NCBI RefSeq assembly: GCF_037042905.1
Contig: NC_087246.1
Span: 496,001 to 560,000, forward strand
From: Lytechinus pictus
Taxonomy: Eukaryota
Length of the DNA stretch: 64,000 bases
Reading direction: 5' to 3'
Under the pieces are notes generated by a model, which was not told where the DNA came from, made no database searches, and worked only from the letters and a program-made list of their open reading frames with translations. Both the position numbers and the translations under genes were made by a program. Shown piece by piece: positions 53,184 to 64,000 of the stretch (the first letter of the stretch is position 1; the number at the start of each line of letters is the position of its first letter).

Positions 53184-53350
53184 ATTGAAATATGAGTTTA
53201 CACCTTTGGTTAAGTATACCATACCACTAACTTTGCTGTACCATTACGGAATATTAGGGGATGGAAAAAAGGAGTCTCACAACAAAACAAGGTGCATTGT
53301 TTTTAATAGGAGGCTGTTCAAAATTCAGAAAATTAAAAATGATGACATAC

Positions 53351-53461
53351 CTGGCTGAAAGAGTCTAATGCAACCCCATTTTCTAAGAGAAATTGTCTTG
53401 TTTCAGCTACAATCTGTGTCTCCCCAAGGGCCATACGCACCCCAAGACTTCTACTAGATTC
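53351..53461 (-). CDS. RBM19: RBM19 exon
   Basis: ESSRSLGVRMALGETQIVAETRQFLLENGVALDSFSQ; 111 nt, cag|...|gtatgt. Confidence 0.95.
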
Positions 53462-53679
53462 CTGTGAAGGAGATATGAAAGGCAGATTAATACAAATATA
53501 TATATATATATACATGTATGCATACATCCTACGTAAGGGCAAAGTCTATAATGAATGGGTTTATTCCATCATAATAGACATTTGGACATTAAGTCGAAGG
53601 TAGAGGGCGTTAAGGCATATTGCAAATATTGAAAGAAGACAAAGAAATTCGCCTAAACTGCAGATGTAGTTATATATAT

Positions 53680-53718
<39 letters not shown>

Positions 53719-53980
53719 CAAATCTTACTGCAATATGTTCAATTAATTTCCCTTCAATCTTTTAGAATGTAATCATACAGACAGTATTAATATTTATTTC
53801 TAAATATATAAACAGGGTGATTTTACTACTTTTTCTGTCTATATAATTTCTGAAGTGTAGTTTTCTTATTATCAGCACTAGAAAATATCACTTTGACACC
53901 TGATAAAATATCATATGTACCTGTAAAAGGTCAAACTTTAAATAAAAGAATGGAAAAGAAATCAAAGGAAGCTAACTTAC

Positions 53981-54077
53981 AGTATCTAAGACATCACTTT
54001 TTGAAGTCTGATATTTGGCTGCCATGACATCAGCTACGGCATTTGAAGAGATGAATAAAGTATTCCAGTTGTGTGAA
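53981..54077 (-). CDS. RBM19: RBM19 exon (conserved HNWNTLF linker)
   Basis: SSHNWNTLFISSNAVADVMAAKYQTSKSDVLDT; the WN.LF motif is typical of Mrd1/RBM19; 97 nt, tag|...|gtaagt. Confidence 0.95.
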
Positions 54078-54099
54078 CTAAAGAGAGAGAAACAGACCA

Positions 54100-54635
54100 C
54101 ATCAATATCATCATCATTAAAACAATTGTTGTCGTCATCCTCAAAATTATCATTATCAGCAGAGTTATCATCATCACTGCCATCATCATCATCCATCACC
54201 ATTGTCATCATCACCATCATCATCCATCACCGAAATCATCACAAACCACTGACACCATAACCACCACTACCATCACTCCCATCACCACCATCAACAGAAC
54301 CATCATCATCATCACCATTACCATCACCATCATCATCATCACCATCATCACCATCAACACCATCATCACCATTTCTATCACCATCACTACCATCAACAGA
54401 ACCATCATCATCACCACCATCACCACCACCATCATCACCACCATCATCACCCTCACCATCACTATCCACACCTTTAACATCACTATCATTACCATCACCA
54501 TCATTCACATCATCACTGCCATCATTACCCTCACAATCACAATCGCCATCATTCCCATCACCGCCTTCATCCCCATCCAAACCTTAAACATCATCACCAT
54601 CACTACCACCATCATACCATCATCACCACCATTGT
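54100..54635. repeat. (CAT/CAC)n compound microsatellite filling an RBM19 intron
   Basis: Direct inspection; explains the Met/Val- and Asp/Gly-rich spurious ORFs. Confidence 0.95.
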
Positions 54636-54656
54636 AATGTTGACAAGGATGATTAC

Positions 54657-54772
54657 CTTCCACTCTGTGCTTTGGTTTTTGCTGCTTTTTTATTTTTGAA
54701 AGAAGAACCTTCTTTGTGCGTCTCTTCCTCCATCTTCTTCTCCTTCCCTGGTAAGATGTGAAGCATCCGACC
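54657..54772 (-). CDS. RBM19: RBM19 exon (end of RRM3 and linker)
   Basis: GRMLHILPGKEKKMEEETHKEGSSFKNKKAAKTKAQSG; 116 nt, cag|...|gtaatc, phase consistent with neighbours. Confidence 0.93.
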
Positions 54773-55161
54773 CTGACAAACACAATCAAATCAATTCAAA
54801 TCATACTACTATCAAGTCATCTCTAATTATTGTACACAAGTTGTGCCCTTATTGTCACATCACTCTTAATGTTCATCTAGTGAGATTGGTTGACAACAGA
54901 GTAGTCAGCACCTTCAATGTGTTCATCTCCTACAAATGATTACAAACCTTTGTAAGTAGTTTCCCTGGGATCTAACTTATATTTCTACTGATTGATTATA
55001 TTCTTCCATACCCTTGATATTCATCATTCAGTTAGATATATCTCACTCGTTGCATACACTATCGTGGAAAATTTTGCTAACCTGTAAGGAAATGTGGGCC
55101 TCTCCTTGATAAAGAACATTGGTTGCATATTGATGTGACCCTACCCTACTTATACACCTAC

Positions 55162-55292
55162 CTGAAAGCTGGTTCCATCTAGTTCTGTATAAGCTTTGAC
55201 AGCATGTTCTGGCATCATGTAAGTAATGAAAGCAAAGCCTTTGATCTTCTTGGTGAATGTATCTATAGGAAGATTCACTTCAGTAAGAGGAC
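55162..55292 (-). CDS. RBM19: RBM19 internal exon, first visible (second half of RRM3)
   Basis: Manual translation (G)PLTEVNLPIDTFTKKIKGFAFITYMMPEHAVKAYTELDGTSFQ contains RNP1 KGFAFITY and matches the recalled vertebrate RBM19 RRM3. AG acceptor at 55293-55294, GT donor at 55160-55161; 131 nt, starts in phase 1. Confidence 0.95.
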
Positions 55293-57305
55293 CTAAGGGG
55301 AAAGCAAATATTTAATTCTTCAATCTTATACTTTTATATTTATATGAACACATATTTTACTATTTTGTTTATTGCTTATATATTTACATATTTATATGTT
55401 CAGGAATTATAAGACTTTGTCTTCTTAGCATACCCTCATTCTTAATCTGAAATATTTTTTGTCTTCATTTTATTTGCTTTTTGTATTTTTATCTTTGAGG
55501 CTCTTGTTTTTGTATTTTTATGATGAATGAAATAAAATTGAAGACAATAGCAGTGATTGAATGTATGAAGCAACAACTCTCAGATAATTTTTTTTTCAAA
55601 TGAATACGACTCGAGTCTATTTTCTTTTGTCTATTCAAAGTCAATGTGAATGGTATGATAATAAAATAATGTGCATTTTCATTCAGACATTTAATCTGAA
55701 CATACAACAATTTGTAAAATTCATATAATGTTCACAGTGACTTCTTGGAATTCTTTATTCTACTAGTTGGAACCCACCCATACATTATACAGAGGAATCA
55801 TCTAAGTTATACAAGATGTTTAAACAGGAGACTCAAAGCTTCACAACTATAGGTCATTTGTCTATCGCATTTGTGATTAAGTGAATAAATGATTGATATT
55901 TCTCAGTTTCATTTTTTTGTGGGACGCACTGTACATTGGAATTTTTTTTAAATGACTTGTCTCTGCTTTGTGCTTCATAAAAGTGCTGCTCAAATCATCA
56001 CGGCTGGAGTATTAATTAAGTGAAGTTAAAATTGAGAAATATTGGGGTTGGATGTACAAAGAGGGTTCAATTCATTAAAAGGGATAAATAAAATGTAATG
56101 TTTTATATGGTTTTATTAATATTGGATCTCAAAAAAAGATTGGTCAAAAAATATATCAAATCTGTAATAGGATCTTACCAAAATGAGGTGCCTAATTCAC
56201 ATTTCAAACTACATTTATAAACATTTCACCATATCAAGACTAGAAGTTAGTTTCATGTTGGTATTTTTTTACACAATAACCCATCATTTCCTATGATATT
56301 TTTAAGATAATATATTTTAATCAATTAAGGCGTGTTGTCAAAAGGGTGTGTGCGTCTTTACCTTTATATTCCACGGCGAAACCGCTGAGCGTGACATTGT
56401 CCATTTTCTTACCTACGGGTCAGTGCTCTTGCCATTCAAGACGCCACCGTGCACTTTTGCAGCGAAAACGGAAGCGTGCGCTTTTATCTTTTCTTTTGAC
56501 GCCCCCCGGTTGGCTCTCCGATAAAATGTTTTTGCATGAGCGCCCTCTATGTCCACGATATCGGCATTTTAGGCAAACTATTCAATACCCGATCTCTATT
56601 CACTGATCTGAATATCGTAATTGTGTCCTTGTATCGGTGTGCCTAGTCCAGTGGGGTATATATCTTCCAAAGATACGCTTTCACAATTTATTTTGATAAT
56701 TTTCCGTTTCGGGTTTCAGCATATGACAAAGTTCAATTAGATTTAGATTTCATTTCTTTAATAGAAAAATAAAGCTTTAGCCCTTTAGCACGAGCATGTT
56801 GTTTTATTTTGAAGAATATACCGTTAAGATATTGACTTTCTAAAAGTAAGTATTCAGGCGCGGGTAAGATTTTTTTCATCACACTGAGCCCACACAGTCA
56901 GCATTGTCGGGTGAAAAGGAAAAATATGGAATTGTCCTTAACATCGAAATGCAAAACCCTTCGCAAAAGATGCAATATAAATCATACATGGGTCCCAAAA
57001 TGATGGCATTTAAATTTCTACATTGAAACGCTACTGTGACAAAAAATAATAAACGCATAAAATGCAAGCGTTTTTTATGGGGAAAAAAAGAAAACTAAGG
57101 GCATCGTTGAAATTCATATTTTAGCTAAACATAGGCCTATATCTAATTTAGCTACAGTGCCCAACAATTTTACTCTTATTATACATATGTTTAAACATTA
57201 AGTTATGTTAGAAACTTATATATTCACACATAATACAGATGCCGTGCAAAACAAACGAATAAAGTATCATTAATTTGAACTTTAAAAATTAAATTGGATG
57301 TTCAA

Positions 57306-57620
57306 CACTAGCTTACCTACGGGGGGAGCGGCACTCTGCCCCCCCTGATGAGCCACAACCCATACTAAAGATATATACATGCCCCCCTGATGAGCTTAAA
57401 AGACCTTTTTTGCTCCCCCCCCCCCCTGACGAGCTTGAAGACCCTTTTTTTTTTTTTTTTGCTTGTCAATTTTTTTTGTTACGAAAACCTAACATTTTTT
57501 ATTGAAGACCTTTTTTTTAAAATTTATTTATTTATTTTAATTATTTTTTTTTGCTTGTCAACTTTTTGGCCGGCCGATTTTGCCCCCCCCCCCCTGTGGA
57601 AAATCCTAGGTACGCCACTG
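57306..57620. mobile_element. hAT-type MITE with 8-bp TSD
   Basis: atgttcaa|cactagcttacctacgg ... cctaggtacgccactg|atgttcaa. Confidence 0.88.
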
Positions 57621-58473
57621 ATGTTCAAGCAGTCATATCGGTCATTGTAGCTTAAATGCATTATTCTTGAGTTTCATTGCCCGAAATTCAGAACAAAAAG
57701 AACTTTCGTTACCGTTACAAACATCTTTACCTTCGAACGAAATCAAAAGCACTTAAAAATCAAATATTGAAATTATCAAAATTGAGGTAGTCTTGACCAT
57801 GAATTAAGTTTAGTGTTTATAGAGAAATTATAACGTCTTCTAATGAATCTTATTCTAAACTTTGAATGACCGATGAAAAATATTGCGTGCATTAAAATGC
57901 AAATTAACACATTTAAGTGACTCCGACATGATATTGGACAGGAAAACCTATATTATCTTTTTACCTGGGATCCGTCTTTATTCTCTTACATAAATTTCCC
58001 CTGTGATGTCGAGTACTGTGTGACCTAGTGTTCTTGATTACCATCCAGGAGCCACAGAACCGAAGGGGGTCTGGGGCTCAGGCCTTCACAAGTACCATGA
58101 TTTTATGCATGGTGATCCCCTCTTTCATTTTTCCAGTTCTACATCTTTCCAGTTTTTAAATCTTTTCTAAGCCTATTCTTTTTTTAACATTCACGTTTGA
58201 CTTGTACAATACGTGTATATTGCCGTCGATTTCTTCTTCCTATCAAATATCTGAATTAATCTTCAATGTGTGTGTGTGTCAAAATATTGCAAATTAGATT
58301 CCCAGTGTCTAAGGTAAACATATTTTACCGACGTAAAGTTAGTAATACGAAAGCCTTGTTGGTCTAGTTTCCTTCCAACTTTGTACTTCACCTCTTAATC
58401 GTATATAGCTGCATTCTGTATAGCTCGCATATTTAAATATGCACAAAAAATCAATAAACGTAAAGGAAATGGT

Positions 58474-58627
58474 AATACCTCGGTCACATTTGCTCTACGG
58501 CGGCCATACGGCGAGTCGAAAACAGCCATTTTATTCATTTTATTCAAACCTCCTATATTTAGCTGGTACAAAAACTGTTAAAACGACTGTTTTCGACTCG
58601 CCTTAGAATAAACGCGACCGAGGTATT
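58474..58627. mobile_element. Short palindromic MITE (Harbinger-like)
   Basis: aatacctcggtc / gaccgaggtatt termini and inner IR ggcgagtcgaaaacag / ctgttttcgactcgcc. Confidence 0.8.
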
Positions 58628-59963
58628 TGGCATACTAGATCAACAAGGATGAAGTGCATGCTGGTGCGGATCCTGCCGGAGTAACACAATACAATCCAAT
58701 TTAGGCGCCGTATTTATTTTGAACAATAGTTAGGCTCTCAAAAGTATTGTGGTCTATTTTGTGACATCTACTGAAAGAAGTCAGTGGGTCTATATTCTGC
58801 ACCTTGAGGGTACAGTTATGTAGTGAATCCGGGGGGGGGGGGGATCCGGCCCGTGCGCCCCACCCCCTTGAGAGCCATTATCAATTTTGTTAATGTAAAT
58901 ATGCCATTTTTAAACAAAATGTGCCCCTTTGAAACTCACAGCATGTATTTTAATGAGAATATGTCGTTCTTACACAAGTGAGGACCTTCATGTTAGCCTG
59001 GTAAACACCCCTTTTCCAAATATATTTGGTTATTAAAATGCACAGAGAGATGGTAGGCAAAGAATATAACTCGAATGTTCACATTAAGAGTAAACCTATA
59101 AAGAGGGAAGTTAAATGGTTAATTAAAAATGTGTTGATAAAATATCAGTCGAACGTTATGTTATAATCTGCTTCGCCAAACAGGTTTTATGTAATATTGC
59201 TCTTTATAAAGGCAAGTATTAAACTACATTAAATGTCGAAATGTTGAGAAATATAATGGAAACCATATCAAAATGCACATTACGAAAAGAAACAAAATCA
59301 AGGTTCTAGTATGGGGACAAAACGAGAACAAGAAAACTACCCATTTGATGCTCATTTTAATTCCCGAAAGCCGGACATTAAAAATGGCATGGGCCAGCGC
59401 ATTGCAAGCTGTATTTAACGGCTTACCACATTATCAAGGTAGATTTAAATTACCCCATTCTTACCCCATTCTTGATTGGGGAGATTACCCTATATTCTTG
59501 AACATAGAGGTGGTCTGACTGGTGGCGGATTTCAATAGAAAGATGACCTCTTGATTCGTGGGGGTATTTCAATGGGAGATTATCACTTTGTCAGCGCGGG
59601 TGACTGTCTTCATACTTGTATCTTCCCCGTTGTGTCTTCTATTCAAAAACCGTGTTTGCAACTAATCCCCATTATGAGACTATTTGGCATCAAAATGAAA
59701 GCCTAACTGTACCCTTTTCATAGATTTCGTTTGAAAATGAAATACTTACGTTTAAGGTAAATTGGAATATGAGAAGGCGCTTTATAATATGTAAACCAAA
59801 TATGATTTGTTCATAAGCATCTTTAATATAAATGTTACAATATCACGTTTCATAGAACAGATGTTATACTCGATTTAGTTACAGCCAAAATATTTAAAAG
59901 TCATCGAGAGGGTAAGTATCAGACTAGCGTGAATTACGAGCTTTAAAAGGGGATCGTTTTTAT

Positions 59964-60018
59964 CAGGGCGGATCCAGCTTTCGTCAATACAGAGAGAGGA
60001 CGCGAAATGTCCCCCCCC

Positions 60019-60052
<34 letters not shown>

Positions 60053-61257
60053 ACCGCGCAAAGCTTATTTTTGTTGGTTTCTTTCAAGGGGGAGTCCAAG
60101 CAGTGAAAATTGTTGGAAGCTTCTTTTTTGGGCTCTGGAAATTAAACTATATTTCAAAGTGAATTTGTGATAAAAAAAGATATGCGTATACATAATTTTC
60201 TTTTATTGGCGTGATCGTTGGCGTAACCCATTTGGCACTGATATTCGAGCGCGTAGGGTTTAAGGTTTAGATTTCTGAAAAGTTTAGACTTGTAGTAAAG
60301 CGCTGTAATAATAAGCATTTATTAGGACTAGATTCAAACTGAAATGTAACAAAAAATATAATACACCTTAAACAATTTTTGTAATCATGAAAAAGTTAGA
60401 TATAAAACTAAACAATTAAAGCGAGCGCGAAGCGCAAGCAGAAAATTTGAGATTTGTAGGAAAATTGTGAGTGGATATTGATCAAAGTTAAAAAGGAGAT
60501 GACATGTTTCATTATTATTTCTTTAAGTTTTAACATAGAACCGGAACATTTTAAGGACATTATTCCATCATATGAAAATTATGATTGTCTTCCTATTTCT
60601 CTTCCTATCAAAGCGCGAGATGAAACTTTTCGATATTCCATTCTGAAAAAAGGGACAATTTATCATTAAATTAATTTATTAATCAAATAAGCCTAATCAG
60701 AGCGCGAATTAATTAATTAATATTAAAATTTTCATAACTCACCAATCAAAATGCGAGCGTGCAGTGCTAGCTAATACGTTTTTACAATCTGACATGAATA
60801 GGGATATTTTGATAACTTAAATAGAATACAGGAAAATAATAGGTACCTGACAAATCAAATTTTGTGAGCGCGCAGCGAGAGCAGAAAATGTTAATCTTCA
60901 GACAATAAAAAGAAAATTACAGAACACTTACAAATGAAAGTTCGATTTCCGAGTTGAAATATGTTAAGAATTGACTTCAAAATTTGATATTTTAAGTTCC
61001 ATATGTGTAAATCACCTAAAAGGCAATGCGAGCGCGAAGCATGAGCGAAAATTTTATATAATGACATGAAAGATTTAAAAAAAAATTGTTTTCGAATTCT
61101 TTCCCTCATCTTATTTATTCAATCGTTTTCCTCCTCCTATGTTTTTTCTCCTCTCTTTTCCCTTTTTTTGGTCTTTCTTTCCCCCTTTTTTGCTCCGCCA
61201 ATAGAGGGAGGGGGAGGGGGCGGGCCCCTAGCCCCCCCCCCCTTGGATCCAACTCTG
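59964..61257. mobile_element. Long hAT-like non-autonomous element with gcgagcgcgaagc internal repeats
   Basis: cagggcggatcca ... tggatccaactctg imperfect TIRs; no clear TSD. Confidence 0.7.
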
Positions 61258-61672
61258 GAACAATCTACCAGAAAGTATTAAACAAGCAGATTCAAGAGAG
61301 AAATTCAAATCCATGTTAAAACTTTTTTGGGGTTAAATAGCCTTTCCCGCAGCATGCGAAGCCCCTCTATTGTTTTCAGCCTACTGTGAACTGTGCAACT
61401 ACTCTAATTTTTGGTGAAATTCCTTCTCTCTTTATATTTTTTTCCTTAGCGTTTAGATACATATTTTGTGCTTCACTTGTAAGTGGTATACAAATAATGT
61501 GAATTACTATCAATGGCGTACATTTCCCGATCTCCTTATCGAAATCAATATTAATGAGAGAGCACAATACTGTGCATAAGTTCATATCATTGGTGTAATG
61601 ATAAAGAACCTGATGAATTCTGTTTTTGTATGTCGACGTTATTATAAAGTTAATACAAAGGACAATCAATAT

Positions 61673-61806
61673 CAGGGATGCCACTAGGTGTCCTCCAAAA
61701 ATACTGAAACTTATCGCGGGCCGGGATAGCGTCCAAGAAATTTTTTTTTAGGGGGGTCAACTTTTAATTTTGGGATGGACACATGTCACAGGTAAAAAAT
61801 TGGACA

Positions 61807-61856
<50 letters not shown>

Positions 61857-62867
61857 AGGAGGGGGGGGGGGGGGGGGTCCGCCCCCACCTCAAATTTAGG
61901 GGAGGACCAAGTGGCTTCTTACCTTGTTGTGATCGATGACTTTGAAGTCAATTAGGTTTGAAAAACTGACGGTAGTTAGTTGTGTGTTTCTCATAGAACG
62001 CTAGACCAAAAGCTTCAGTCTCTGTATTTTGGTTGTTCAGCTGAACCGCGTTGGCTCAACTCACCAATACATAGACTGAAGAGTTGTTGGCCCATACATA
62101 AAGACAACGTATCAGCTAACCCAGGGAGCTCCGGCCCGCTTTGCGGGCCGGGGCTAGCTGATACGTAACCCAAGGAGCTCCGGCCCGCTTTCCGGGCCGG
62201 AGCTCCCTGGGTTCCGTATCAGCATGCAGCAGTAACGTTAGATCTAACATTCGGCGGAAACCCGATTTTCGGATCGTTTTTGGTACATAAAATGTCACAT
62301 TATAAAAAAATAATTAAATCCAAACTTACGAGAAAATATATAAAATTCAGAAACATCGTACCTTATACCGCAGTTACCGCTAATTCCTTTCAAATGATGA
62401 TCAAAACTTAGTCATCTTCGATTCCTTCGTTGGTCATCGTAAGTTGCCATCTTGGATGACGTCATCATCTGTACAGACGTATTTACCAGTCGTTATTATA
62501 CCGCGATTCGTGCCGCTACTTTGCGCTTGTCTATGTGCGTGCGTTCGGAACTTGTCGCTCGCATTGATTGGCCAGGATGTCGATAATTCTAATCAGAAAG
62601 CCTTGATAAAAGCATAACTCAATGAACGTAGTTTAGGCAGTGCGCGCGTTTATAAATTATGTACTGTATAAAAGCAAATATCTCGGGGAATTATCTCTCA
62701 CTCGGTCGATCGACATGCATCGCAATCGGGAGAGATAGGGGGAAAGAAGGAGGACTTTCCGTTTTTTTTAATACACAGAAAACAGGAAAAGTCGGAAATA
62801 CGGAAATAAGACAGATGGCAGGAAAAAAGCCGGAATTCCGTATAAATACGGAAAAGTGGCATCCCTG
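61673..62867. mobile_element. 1.2-kb non-autonomous TIR element (hAT-like CAGGG ends) with 6-bp TSD and composite cargo
   Basis: caatat|cagggatgccact ... agtggcatccctg|caatat; cggaaa subterminal repeats at the right end. Confidence 0.8.
62362..62575 (-). promoter_or_regulatory. CpG-rich promoter-like segment (CCAAT box, CRE, YY1-type motif) with a downstream GT donor
   Basis: gattgg 62566-62571, tgacgtca 62457-62464, gccatcttg 62446-62454, AAG|gtacga at 62361. Confidence 0.4.
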
Positions 62868-64000
62868 CAATATGATTCAGGCATACACCGCTTTAACTGC
62901 ATGGTAACATGCATCCAGAAATCAAAATGAATTCAAAACGTACGTAGCAGGAATAGCATGCAGTTCGGATGTTACATCACTCTAAAATTAGAATAATCTC
63001 GTATTACAAATGTCAATTTTGCTAAAAATGCACACAAAATCATAACTTGATAGACTGTGGGGGTCGGGATGATGTCGTTGATATAAAAATCGCATCGACC
63101 TCGATATGCAATCATTTTTGATACTGCATCGGACTTGATAACCCGCAAAATATTTTCCGACATTAGATGGCAATCCATTCTCTCTCTTTTTAATCTAAAT
63201 ATAATCTATGTATTTCAGGATCATGATATGAAAACCCTTTTATAACAAACACGATAAAAAAACGCGTCTCAAGTTATACATGGTTGATTGCCGCAAAATA
63301 TACCAATCATCTTCATTTGTTAATATTTAATCATTATCACTGATCATTATTATTCGTATTATTATGTCCGTTAATATCACTTCAAAGTTATGATTATCGC
63401 TATCATCACCACTGTTATCATCATCATCATCATCACCATCATCATTCAATCATTATCTATTTCCAATCGTTCTCCAGTATTAATTATATATTTTATATGA
63501 TTAAAAATATATGAAAGATCATGGTGATGCTGGTAATCATGAATATTAGATCGTTATGTGAGATAATTTATGCGACTTTACACGCTAATCGCTACTCGAT
63601 GATGTTGAAAGAATCTTTTAAATAGCACAAATAAAGTCGGGACGGTAGTTACTGCATACACGTACTTTAATACACTCTCATTATTACAAAAGATTCCCCA
63701 TCGGACGGGTCAACGGTCTTTTGAAGTAGGTTCATCTATTGAAATTACGACAATAATCACAACAGCGGATATGGGGAATTAAAATCTTGAGCGTGTCTCC
63801 CATTGTTTTCTGTGGCGAACCCGCTGAGCATGCTATTGTCAATGATTCTCTACTATACGGGTGAGTGATCTTGCTTTTTCATGATCATAGGCCTGGGCAA
63901 TGACTAAGAACAGTTCGATGAGTATCAATGCCAAGCAATCCTTAAAGGACAATAATGTCCAATTCTCCTGATGGAGAAGACTATATCATGGCCCTATTTG

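Noticed and set aside
54905..55027. Intronic C/D snoRNA (ATGATGA ... CTGA on the minus strand)
   Set aside because: No terminal stem, no recognisable rRNA antisense element, and no clear C'/D' boxes.
56179..56191. 13-nt microexon tag|GCACCTCATTTTG|gtaag upstream of the first RBM19 exon
   Set aside because: No pyrimidine tract and no upstream partner exon; likely chance.
56410..56425. miR-100-like ACCCGTAG on the minus strand
   Set aside because: Only the seed matches; the rest of the mature sequence does not.
56413..56435. ATG-containing first exon for RBM19 (MARALTR|gtaag)
   Set aside because: Phase 2 does not fit the phase-1 exon at 55292 (stop after 4 codons), it does not resemble the RBM19 N-terminus, and it lies in a two-copy motif.
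57340..57490. Three CTGA(T/C)GAG motifs plus cgaaa resembling a hammerhead ribozyme core
   Set aside because: No stem II closed onto GAAA and no stems I/III; they are internal repeats of an hAT MITE with a TSD.

Overview
AT-rich, repeat-dense animal genomic DNA. It is probably an invertebrate deuterostome such as a sea urchin; this is inferred from the DeuSINE, HINE/Tsp-like and MITE families and is not proven. The only protein-coding gene I can support is the 3' part of RBM19 (Mrd1 orthologue, nucleolar multi-RRM ribosome-biogenesis factor) on the minus strand. It has 13 GT-AG exons between 55292 and the TAG at 45263, and they splice into one continuous frame (about 507 aa, second half of RRM3 through RRM6). 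The N-terminal exons (RRM1, RRM2, start of RRM3) are not visible in the remaining 8.7 kb upstream, and at about 56325 the DNA switches abruptly from CpG-depleted to CpG-rich. Positions 1-45 kb contain no recognisable exons. They are CpG-depleted and hold short unique CpG-retaining islands that look like cis-regulatory elements, together with LINE relics, tRNA-SINEs, many MITE families and mini/microsatellites. Most notable observations: the apparently decapitated RBM19 at a CpG boundary; a 299-bp exon/intron tandem duplication that creates a candidate poison exon; a DeuSINE inserted into a 3' splice-site region; a 1.2-kb TIR/TSD-bounded element carrying promoter-like and hairpin cargo; and a dispersed ~85-bp structured motif. 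I found no confidently novel multi-gene system; the findings are leads to test.
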